Shown here in pieces: positions 1 through 8,914 of a stretch of DNA of 16,836 nucleotides. Source of the DNA: Ginkgo biloba (taxonomy: Eukaryota; Plantae; Ginkgophyta); contig JANKJI020000002.1 in NCBI GenBank assembly GCA_024626585.2, positions 32,228,848 to 32,245,683 of the forward strand, in the 5' to 3' direction. Each line of letters starts with the position of its first letter. Position 1 is the stretch's first letter. The notes under the pieces are model-generated. The model was not told where the DNA came from, ran no database searches, and saw nothing but the letters and a program-made list of their open reading frames with translations. The position numbers were made by a program, and so were the translations under genes.

Positions 1-28
1 AGAGAGAGAGAGAGAGAGAGAGAGAGAG
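1..28. repeat. (AG)n microsatellite, cut by the window edge
   Basis: Perfect AG dinucleotide run over 1-28. Confidence 0.95.
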
Positions 29-57
29 TGTAATATGCTGACGTGTAATATGCTGAC
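28..57. repeat. 15-bp perfect tandem duplication
   Basis: GTGTAATATGCTGAC occurs at 28-42 and 43-57. Confidence 0.9.
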
Positions 58-252
58 AAAGGTGTAAGACCAACTAAGAACAAAGTAAGGTTGCATGTGA
101 GATTGCCATGGGTGGAAGACCAAGTAATGATGTGAGAAGAGGACCATAGGCAAGCCAAAACCAAAATCAATAGAAGTGGAAAGCTTTAAGCCAAGCAATG
201 AGACATTCACAATCATTCTTTAGGTAATACTTGGGTGAGACATTGAGTCTAA

Positions 253-655
253 AGGTGGGGGGAGGGGGGTAGATGTTAGGCCATTTGATGTGTGAGATGA
301 ATTATAATGTGTTATTATTATCTTTTGTAACTCGGAGAGTGATCCCCTATAACTAAATATATTAGGGTTAAATGAAGTGAATGTAAAGATTACTTGGGTG
401 GTTGTTTAACTCCCCAATTGAATGGCAATTGTATTAAAAGGGCATATTGAGGAGAGAGTAAGTGTGCAATTGAGGAGATCATTGGCATAGGGATTGGAGA
501 TCATATTATACTCTTGGCATCCCCACTAGGGGTTGCCAAGCCTCTCTTATACTCAATTAATAAGCAATGAATCCCTTGTGTGTATGTTGCCATGACTTTT
601 CCATGTGGACGCTAGTTCTATATTCAGTGGAGTATATGTAGTTCTACTCCAAACA
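253..655 (+). mobile_element. Polypurine tract plus 3' LTR (274-655, about 382 bp) of a Ty3/gypsy retrotransposon
   Basis: G-rich PPT (AGGTGGGGGGAGGGGGG) lies just before TGTTAGG at 274. The element ends ...CCAAACA at 655, giving TG...CA termini with a 6/7 inverted match (TGTTAGG vs TGTTTGG). A TATA-like TATTAAAAG lies at about 433. LINE sequence begins right after 655. Confidence 0.65.
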
Positions 656-679
656 TTGTAATTCTTCTATTAACAAAGA

Positions 680-3600
680 ATATACAAAACACTTACCAAT
701 GTGAGGGTTTTGTTTTCTTTAGAAAGGGCATTGACATTCATTTCATCACACATCATTAATGAACACATCTGGCATTGAAACCTAACTCCATATAGATGAT
801 ATGACTTTGTTTGGGCCGATGTCGAATTCATAAGTAATAACATGACTTTGTGGAAATCATAAAAGGCTACTCGATGAGAACATTAAACTTTGTAAGCAAT
901 CCATAAAATGATTACCCAAAACTCCATTTGTGATTTCCCAACCTCTAAGCTAGGTTGAATTCCCTTGTCCTTTCTACAGTAAACAATTTTCTTCCCTTGG
1001 AAACAAAATACAATCCAATAGATGTAAATTGGACACCCAAATAGATGTAAGAGGTGGTGGTATCAATAATCTGTCCTTTGAAGGTGAACTGGAATTTCAA
1101 CAAGGTATCTTTAGTCATATTAAAATCCATAGCCTTAGTTTTGCTAAGATTGACTTCCAATCTCGTACTATCACAAAACAAAGCAAGGGAGTCTTATTGT
1201 CTCTGTAATACCACATAAGTGGATGAAAGGAGGACAATGCCATCTGCATAAAGGAGAACAAATTTCAAGAACTAGTGTAAAAGACAACCATCATCTGCAT
1301 GAGTGGTCTCTCTGAGTTGTTGCTCAAGCTTGGGGGGCATCATTGCTTGACCTTAGATGTCTCTAGAGAACACTTGTGAGTATGTCTAATACGCTCTCAT
1401 CACAATTGTAGTAACAATCTCAGGAACTACAAGTGCCTAGTTTCTCAAAAAGGAGATGTTTGGGAATTGTGTCAAAAGCTTTCTGAAATTCCACAAACCG
1501 ATAATAGACTTTGGAAGATTGCTATCTAGCCTCCTCAATAATAGCCTTGAGAGTGAGAACACAGTCAATTGTTTCGTGGTCTTGACAAAAGGTTTCCTGA
1601 TAGCTCTAGAGGTTGAACTCTCTATCCACTCTGATTAATATTCATCAATGGCTGTGGCATAAACTTTGGGCAAAGTATGGCCTATCATGATGGTTCTATA
1701 GTTCCTTGAAATTGATGTATAACTTGACTCATGGATGAGATGGATGATATGATGGGTCCAAGATGCGGGAAGCTAGATAAAACAACTTCATTGAATAATT
1801 TGACAATGGGATGAGTAAGGGGGCCTATGCTTTGCTCCAAGAATTTAGATTGGAGGCATTCTATGTTTGTAACNNNNNNNNNNNNNNNNNNNNNNNNNNN
1901 NNNNNNNNNNNNNNNNNNNNNNNNNNNNNNNNNNNNNNNNNNNNNNNNNNNNNNNNNNNNNNNNNNNNNNNNNGCTCACTTTTATATCAAACTATTTGTT
2001 CATTTGTTCATTTTTCAACTTTTTGTTTTATTTACTAAACTCCTTCATTCGTTCATTTTTCCATTCATCAACTGCTTCATTCGTTCGTCTATCGGATGAA
2101 GGCACTTTGAGCAAACTGATAGACAGTCACTAAAATGAACGTAAATTTCAACTTGTAGCTCCATTTTTTGTAAACTTGGTACCAAATCGAATATTACTAT
2201 GAAGGATACAACTTTGATTCATTAACCATAAGCTAAAAATATACGATTTTTTCCCAATTTTGTCTGCAATTTGACTGTCCTAAAAATGACAGGAAACAGT
2301 TTTGATCTGAAAAACGGATCACAGCTTTCTTGGTGTATAGTTTGCCAATGGATTTGTGGATAATGTTGGGCTTGAAGAAATAACATGAAGTAAGTTGGGT
2401 TGGGACCTATGTAGGAGTTTTGGTTGGGGCCATTGTAAAGGGAGGATGCCTGCAGACCAAGTTGTGGGATCAATAATGTGGCAAGGAAATTTTTGTGGTA
2501 AGGAGGTTTTCTGAAAATATTTTGGTGAATTTCTTAGTGCATAGAGGATTTCATTTCTCCTAATCCAAAGATATTGACTTTTTTATCTTCGTAGGAGGCG
2601 ATGATATTCTCTATGATTGTCCATACCTTGGTTTGGATGATGGGTCAAATCTGTCGAGTTTTTTGTGGAGGTGATTATAGTCATCGTTGAACCAATTATT
2701 CAAAGGGAAATATCCAGGTTTGTGAAAAAGTTTGGGGTGATGGATGGTGTGAGGGAAAGGATTTTGGGCAACTTTCCAAAGAATCTAAGTGAGGAACTCA
2801 GATTTAAGCAATGTCGAATGGAGTGCATTAAAGGTTGGTAGAAGTTGAGATATATTCTCTTGATAGCAGTGTCATAAGTGTAGTCAAAATCAATGGTTAT
2901 ATGTGACTGAGGTGGATTGCGAGGGTGGTATTGGAAAGTGTGAAAGATAGATAAGCATGGTCTGCCTGGGGAAGTTGTGAGGAGACTCAAAGACCAACGA
3001 GTTGGGTNNNNNNNNNNNNNNNNNNNNNNNTACTCTCCCTTTATGAGGATAACATGAGGAGGCATTAGACCCAGGGAAATTGGGGAGGTCATTCAAAATG
3101 AATAAATTATGAGACAGACCAAGATTAAGAAGATGATGTCCATAAGCATGGAAGGTGTATTGGAATTTGTTGATTGTCTCTTGATCCTAAAGTCAACGTG
3201 TTCCAACTCATAGCTACATAATTCGTTCTCTGTCTAGTCACGAATAGGCACTTGGCGAGTGCTTGTGTGGGAATTAAAGTCCACTAGCAGGATACCATCA
3301 CCCTATGCTGAGAATCATGATATCTTAGGATATAAGTCTAAGAAAGGGTCCCCTTTTATGTGAATTGCAAAGTCTGAAGAATCAGGTGGGGAGTAGCAAA
3401 CAACACTAAAGACATCCTTGCATGGGAGCCTATAGGAGCTCGAAGCCACAAGAACTTGGAAGTGTTCATTTGAAGGTACCAACTTCATTGAATGAAGTTG
3501 GCCTGTGACTAAGTAAGCAACACCACCTCATCCCTGAAATCCATCAGATTTACTAATTTCCTGTTGGGAAACTGAAATACAATGATATCCTAAAATGGGG

Positions 3601-3720
3601 GTAGGGATCTCTTTGAACTCATGAGTTTCCATAAAAAAGATAAGGTTTTGCTCCTTGATGACATCATAAATTGTACTAGGTGCCGTCCAAATAAGACCAT
3701 TACAATTCCATCAAGCAACA
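680..3720 (-). pseudogene. LINE ORF2 relic (APE endonuclease + reverse transcriptase)
   Basis: Endonuclease: WNCNG at 3710-3696, GILLVDFNSH (GDFN-like) about 3295-3265, ADHAYLS about 2965-2945. RT: NYRTIMIGHTL about 1703-1670, EFQKAFDTIP about 1492-1462, VLLYADGIVLLS with YADG at 1250-1239 (catalytic YADD mutated), VNLSKTK...YIYLGVQF in ORF 945-1181, IIYMELG about 800-780. Confidence 0.9.
1974..2323. mobile_element. Unclassified non-coding insertion inside LINE ORF2 (LTR- or TIR-like fragment)
   Basis: It interrupts LINE coding between HWQTIHQE (right of 2323) and LQSKFLE (left of the gap). It has TTCATT(C/T)GTTCA repeats and AACTTGTAGCTC/TACAACTTT motifs, retains more CpG than the flanks, and ends ...GATCACA. 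The left edge is hidden in the N gap. Confidence 0.5.
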
Positions 3721-3782
3721 GGAAGTCTCCTTGAGCTCCCCCCAATGGCATGGCATCAATTAGATAGAGGCCATGGACAATT

Positions 3783-5585
3783 TCATCCTCTAGGAAGCGA
3801 GTCTTGTATCCAATCTCTACCATTGCATATGAATTCTCATTTCCCATTCTTTGTTGCTTCAATTACTTGTGCTCTAGTTTTTCTAAGCTCTTCACATTGC
3901 AATTGTATAAGTCTTCATCAAGGAAAATTGTCTTCAAGAGTGAAGAGTTTCTTCTTTGCTCTTTAGAATGTCTCTCCTATCCTTCGCAGATTTGAACCAT
4001 ACCAAAAGGACAGAGGCTGGGGTGAACATGATCTGTCCAAGGAAATGTTTGTTAAGTCAAAAGTATCATGCAGGAATTTGGTTGATGTTTCTATGGGATT
4101 TTTGGATTTTGGGAGCCGTCTAACCCTTAATGCTTTGGGCTGCCTAGCTCTTTTCTTCATCAAAATTGGCTTTAGCCATTTCCACAACCAGAGGAATTTT
4201 TTTCCATTTGATAACTTCGACCCAGGAGCTTTGTTCATGAATTCATTTTTGTTTCTNNNNNNNNNNNNNNNNNNNNNNNNNNNNNNNNNNNNNNNNNNNN
4301 NNNNNNNNNNNNNNNNNNNNNNNNNNNNNNNNNNNNNNNNNNNNNNNNNNNNNNNNNNNNNNNNNNNNNNNNNNNNNNNNNNNNNNNNNNNNNNNNNNNN
4401 NNNNNNNNNNNNNNNNNNNNNNNNNNNNNNNNNNNNNNNNNNNNNNNNNNNNNNNNNNNNNNNNNNNNNNNNNNNNNNNNNNNNNNNNNNNNNNNNNNNN
4501 NNNNNNNNNNNNNNNNNNNNNNNNNNNNNNNNNNNNNNNNNNNNNNNNNNNNNNNNNNNNNNNNNNNNNNNNNNNNNNNNNNNNNNNNNNNNNNNNNNNN
4601 NNNNNNNNNNNNNNNNNNNNNNNNNNNNNNNNNNNNNNNNNNNNNNNNNNNNNNNNNNNNNNNNNNNNNNNNNNNNNNNNNNNNNNNNNNNNNNNNNNNN
4701 NNNNNNNNNNNNNNNNNNNNNNNNNNNNNNNNNNNNNNNNNNNNNNNNNNNNNNNNNNNNNNNNNNNNNNNNNNNNNNNNNNNNNNNNNNNNNNNNNNNN
4801 NNNNNNNNNNNNNNNNNNNNNNNNNNNNNNNNNNNNNNNNNNNNNNNNNNNNNNNNNNNNNNNNNNNNNNNNNNNNNNNNNNNNNNNNNNNNNNNNNNNN
4901 NNNNNNNNNNNNNNNNNNNNNNNNNNNNNNNNNNNNNNNNNNNNNNNNNNNNNNNNNNNNNNNNNNNNNNNNNNNNNNNNNNNNNNNNNNNNNNNNNNNN
5001 NNNNNNNNNNNNNNNNNNNNNNNNNNNNNNNNNNNNNNNNNNNNNNNNNNNNNNNNNNNNNNNNNNNNNNNNNNNNNNNNNNNNNNNNNNNNNNNNNNNN
5101 NNNNNNNNNNNNNNNNNNNNNNNNNNNNNNNGTTTGGTTCCCCTAACTTCCACTAGATTGGAAATGTATTCACCGATAAGCTTCACTGTCTTGGTCAAGT
5201 TCCTTTGTGTTTCATTTAGTGGGCTCGGTGGTCCTTAACATTGGCAGTGACCTCATCTTCTCATGTAGGCGCATTGCTTACAACAATATTATCCAGGTCA
5301 AACATCCAGAGGGAGGTCGGAAGGGAGAGGGAGAGAGAGAAAGTCTTACACTACTTTATTGAGGTTGATCATTTTGTGGAGTGGACTTCTCATCTCTTCT
5401 TGCTGTGTATTCGGGCTAGCTCCAACAATTGAGTTTTCAGACTTGCAAATGCTCTCCTGTTGTCCACCTTAGGCTTCCTTTGGAGAAATCGCTTTGCATA
5501 CTTGCCTCTCTTGAATCGGGTTCCTCCACTTCAATCTCTGTTGTTTGTTTGGGCAATTGATCCATGTCTTTTTGGTGGTAAGTGT
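3783..5585 (-). pseudogene. LINE ORF1 relic (interrupted by an N gap of about 875 nt)
   Basis: C-terminal frame fragments LLVWFKSAKDRRDILKSK...TIFLDEDL...QVIEATKNGK(*)EFICNG...PRG* end at TGA 3785-3783, just upstream of the EN domain. A possible N-terminus (LPPKRHGS) lies near 5580. The 5' part is poorly constrained. Confidence 0.55.
4257..5131. other. Assembly or masking gap (largest of several N runs)
   Basis: Other N runs lie at about 1874-1973, 3008-3030, 7806-7905, 9305-9328, 10050-10324, 11845-11944, 12941-12957, 14151-14182 and 14433-14887. Confidence 0.98.
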
Positions 5586-5676
5586 GATCCAAACAATACT
5601 ACCGATCTTCCTCTCTTTGTTTTGTAAGCTTTGCATTTCACACACTTGACCTGAGCAAAATGATTCTCCCAATTGC

Positions 5677-5684
5677 ATTTATAG
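5677..5684 (-). promoter_or_regulatory. TATA box (CTATAAAT) at the 5' end of the LINE
   Basis: Minus strand reads CCCCTCTATAAATGC, a canonical plant TATA context, about 100 nt upstream of the putative ORF1 start. Confidence 0.35.
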
Positions 5685-6093
5685 AGGGGAATGGGGAAGA
5701 TTTCTTTTGGCTCAAGATATGTCCCCATGTCTAGAGCTGTGTAATTTGTTGCAAGTTGTCCTACAAGATTAGAGGTGCCAAAGTCTGAGCACTGCATCAT
5801 CTACTACTTCATTGTTTATGCAGGTTGATTTTTTTGGTAGCAATGCCAAACCAGTGTTAAAAACTCTTGTTTGCAACTACCAAGGCTGTTGGATTTAAAT
5901 TGATTTGATTTATAATTGATTGCAGGAACAGTCATTGGTAAAGCCATGTTAACACATGCCATTTTGTTCATATGATTTACATTATTTCCTAGCTCTCCCC
6001 ATATGCAAGATGTTTGGTTCTTAACACTTAGCTCTTACTCCACTCGATATAGTTTGTGATTAAGCACACAAAGTGACAGGGTTCCTAGTCTTC

Positions 6094-6133
6094 ATGGAGT
6101 GTTTTCGGGTCTTTAATGGCGGTGTTTCCATTG
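6094..6133 (+). CDS. Exon 1 of CINP-like gene (MECFRVFNGGVSI-E)
   Basis: ATG at 6094 and donor G|GTGGGA at 6134 (phase 1). An upstream acceptor GACAG at 6075-6079 suggests a further upstream intron. Confidence 0.5.
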
Positions 6134-8914
6134 GTGGGACCATGTGAGGAAATGATCCATTTTGATATGGCACATCCATAACAACATCAATTGCCATAAA
6201 AGAGTTTCCCATTAATCTGCAGAACACGAATTTGAATCAAGTGCCTTAAAGTGCTTCAATTCTTTGACTAGAGTGGTTAAAAATAAGCAATTGCATGTTG
6301 GAATGAATCCTTATCCTTTTCAGTAGTTTGTGAATGTGTATGAACTTTCCCTCTTCTTTATCGGTTGGATATTCATGGCAAGTTGAATGAATTGAATTCC
6401 ACACTTGCTTCTCACGAAACTTATTCGTTAGCCCCCCCTTTTTTTTTCCGCCCATTTGAAACATGTTTCTTGTAGAATGTGATTGTATTCCCTTAGCATA
6501 TTGTTTGGCCACATTCTGACAGAGTTCATCCCTTTACTCTCTTTTATCCAAATTTGAAGGTTTAATACACATTCTAAGCTATCCCAGTATCATTAATCAA
6601 TCATAATGACCCAGGTTTCTGGGCTGCTGTTGCAAATAAAGGTTTTGATGGAAGTCATGCCATCAGGACAAGTATCTACTGAAATTGTGCTATTTGAGAG
6701 AACTTTAGAGCCCATAAATGTCTCCAATATTAATAGAAAAAGAAACAAACTATATATGCTATGAAATTGCTCCACAATATTATACATGTAGTTGAACTAA
6801 ACCCTAAACTAGCAAGATGCATATGTAGAAGTATGAGTTGGCCTTCTATGAAGATCACCACAAATTCAACTATATCAATGATTTTGGACTTTTGCAGTAA
6901 CAAATAGTCCTCTTGGGTGTCACTATTGATGGGAGTAGTTAATTGCCTCTGATTATCAGTGAATAGACTAAAACCATCCTCAATCCCTTCATGGACCTAG
7001 TCAAAGTTATGAAGTACTATATATGCACATAAATCCACACACTTTATAATAACTACTAACCTCTCCCAAGTAATATTTAATATAATATCAAGGTTCATTT
7101 ATATCATATAGTATCACATCCACTTTAATGATACTTCTAAATCTTCTCTTCTCATTAAGACTCTATACAAAATTGAAATGGACACTTGAACTATCAATAT
7201 CTTGTCAACTCCAAAATAATTATTCAAGGAATCCCATAATATATCCCTAATTTAATATTATTGATTTCAATTTATTCAATAAAATACCTCATTATATTTA
7301 TATTATTATCATTATCATTAAGATATAATACATGGCCTATATTTAGAGTTGTTATTCCATGATAACCCATGGCCTAGATTTATAGTAATTACTTTAACAA
7401 AAACATCTAAATTCAATTTCCTTTAAATCCCTATTAGTATGGTTTATTTGATCTCATTATACCTTTTAAATAATACATTTTATTAATAAATTATTTTATG
7501 TATTTAAAGGACCTATCTAGCTCTTGGATACCATATTATGAGCATGGGACATGCCCACCTCATGTGAAAAATATATAAAATTATTAAAATGAAGAGTTAT
7601 ATAGGAATACATTTACAAATATATTAGTATTATGGTTTTATTCCCCTCCTTCCTATAATTAATATATCTTATTATATATTATTAGATATTAGTAGAACCC
7701 AATAGATCCATTATTAGTAGTTTATTGACATCTGTAGTCAATCTAGATCTTAACCCATTTACATATAAATAACAAATTTGATCCCAAATCATATACCATA
7801 TCTAANNNNNNNNNNNNNNNNNNNNNNNNNNNNNNNNNNNNNNNNNNNNNNNNNNNNNNNNNNNNNNNNNNNNNNNNNNNNNNNNNNNNNNNNNNNNNNN
7901 NNNNNGTTTATTAATGATATATTTGAGTGCTTAATGATCAACATAAAACTCAAACTTATTACCCAAAAGATAATATAATAACTTCTATACAAAATATATC
8001 ATTCTCAAATCTTCCTACTCTATTGTGGAGTAATTTATCTCAATCTTAGACAAATTTATGCTTACAAAATATATGGGATGGTCAATTTTACTAGCCCTCG
8101 ACTGTGCTAAAATTGAATTAATCATAGTCATTGAAGCATCCATATTTATATGGAAGGTCTCCTTACAATTTAGAAATTATAGTATATGAGATTCAAATAT
8201 ACCTTCAATTGATCAAATTCCTCTTGTAATTTATGGATCCACATAATCTATTCCCTCCAAAATGTACTGTCTACTTGATTGCTAGAATATATTGTGCTTG
8301 AAAAATACAGTAAGTCGGAGAGTAGAATCTGCAAATTTTACCTTTTTTTTTGAGGTAGTCATGTTTCACTAGCTCAGTTGCATTGAATGGGCCTTAAATA
8401 TTTGAAGAAAGTAGCAGCATTAGAACCAGTTCCTTATGACAGAATATTGCAAGTAAAACTGATTTGTTAGAAACTACTCTTCTTGCTAGACCTTTTGAGC
8501 CAAAGATATTGTTGGTTTTTCAAAACTTCTGTGGGTTGTATGACTACGTTATGATTCATTGGCAGGGAAGTATTCTTCTTGAAAGTGGTCATAGGTTGGA
8601 AATTTCTGACTATATGGGAATGATGTCAGTAATTTGTGGCATGTTAAGGCAAGACTATGCAATGCAGGTAACGGTTAAATCTTAATATTGTCCAGGTATT
8701 TGTAGTTTTGCTCACTGCCATTATGCATTTTAGTTTCTACAGAATTAAAAACCCATTGATCACTTGAAGATCTGGCTTGAATTGGCAGGAGAGGGTTGTT
8801 TCTGCCTTGCAACTTGACACGCCTTCAGAAACACTTCAAAGCTATTGCTTGATGTGGACCTTGCACCCATTTATGGATGAAAGAGTCATCAATGAGGCAT
8901 TGAAGTGGATATGA
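6094..8914 (+). CDS. Intact 8-exon host gene, about 167 aa, CINP-like (CDK2-interacting protein / 55LCC subunit-like) helical protein
   Basis: Phase-consistent GT-AG model with exons 6094-6133, 6223-6275, 6523-6559, 6615-6671, 8311-8354, 8408-8452, 8566-8667, 8789-8914 (504 nt, no internal stop). Protein: MECFRVFNGGVSIEHEFESSALKCFNSLTRVSSSLYSLLSKFEGFWAAVANKGFDGSHAIRTISRRVESANFTFFFEKVAALEPVPYDRILQGSILLESGHRLEISDYMGMMSVICGMLRQDYAMQERVVSALQLDTPSETLQSYCLMWTLHPFMDERVINEALKWI*. The last three exons are strong and match a conserved uncharacterised plant family as I recall it (DY.MQER.V.AL...SYCLMW.L.PF). The 5' exon boundaries are less certain. Confidence 0.75.
6223..6275 (+). CDS. Exon 2 (E-HEFESSALKCFNSLTRV)
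   Basis: Acceptor CTGCAG at 6222. The only open frame is phase 1. Donor GTG|GTTAAA is weak. Confidence 0.5.
6523..6559 (+). CDS. Exon 3 (SSSLYSLLSKFE-G)
   Basis: Acceptor CTGACAG and donor AAG|GTTTAA (phase 1). Confidence 0.55.
6615..6671 (+). CDS. Exon 4 (G-FWAAVANKGFDGSHAIRT)
   Basis: Acceptor CCCAG and donor AA|GTATCT. The W......GF pattern resembles human CINP WETLNDAGF. Confidence 0.6.
6900..7800 (-). mobile_element. Highly decayed LTR-retrotransposon remnant in intron 4, with tRNA-iMet-like PBS at 7520-7533
   Basis: Minus strand reads TGGTATCCAAGAGC versus the canonical PBS TGGTATCAGAGC. The surrounding sequence is very AT-rich, with a faint gag-like ITWE on the minus strand near 7070. 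Limits are approximate. Confidence 0.4.
8311..8354 (+). CDS. Exon 5 (I-SRRVESANFTFFFE), preferred of two possible exons
   Basis: Acceptor TACAG at 8310 and donor GAG|GTAGTC (phase 1 to 0). An alternative exon at 8286-8309 also fits. Confidence 0.5.
8408..8452 (+). CDS. Exon 6 (KVAALEPVPYDRILQ)
   Basis: Acceptor TTGAAG (alternatives at 8414 and 8417). Donor CAA|GTAAAA, phase 0 into exon 7. Confidence 0.7.
8566..8667 (+). CDS. Exon 7 (GSILLESGHRLEISDYMGMMSVICGMLRQDYAMQ)
   Basis: Acceptor TTGGCAG and strong donor CAG|GTAACG. Lies inside ORF 8464-8685. Confidence 0.88.
8789..8914 (+). CDS. Terminal exon 8 (ERVVSALQLDTPSETLQSYCLMWTLHPFMDERVINEALKWI*)
   Basis: Acceptor TTGGCAG at 8788, in phase with exon 7. 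TGA at 8912-8914. Confidence 0.88.
   Translation, partial: ERVVSALQLDTPSETLQSYCLMWTLHPFMDERVINEALKWI

Larger units (their letters stand above)
656..5700 (-). mobile_element. Degenerate near full-length LINE (non-LTR retrotransposon): 5' region, ORF1, APE endonuclease and RT
   Basis: Minus-strand motifs occur in canonical order: ORF1 IFLDEDL, then EN WNCNG, ETHE, GGVA, CYSPP, LLVDFN, ADH, then RT NYRTIMIG, FQKAFDTIP, VKQ*CP, LLYADG, VNLSKTK, YLGVQF. Many stops and frameshifts. Boundaries are approximate. Confidence 0.9.

Noticed and set aside
3963-5238. Long ORFs of 411 and 397 aa, and similar X-rich ORFs near 1811-2099, 7778-7992, 9913-10414 and 14385-14915
   Set aside because: These are artefacts of translating through N gaps.
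5469-5800. Cys-containing minus-strand ORFs (KCVKCK) as a zinc finger
   Set aside because: The Cys spacing fits no finger I recognise. The region overlaps the LINE TATA and 5' UTR.
6144-6149. Alternative donor AT|GTGAGG for exon 1
   Set aside because: It is phase 2 and leads to a stop five codons into exon 2 (ITRI*). At most a non-productive isoform.
6672-6680. U12-type donor (GTATCTACT)
   Set aside because: Only a partial match to RTATCCTT, and no TCCTTAAC branch point is seen near the acceptor.
6799-6808. Telo-box AAACCCTAAA (also at 11161-11170)
   Set aside because: Single copies in an intron and in TE sequence, not in a promoter or array. Common in plant genomes.
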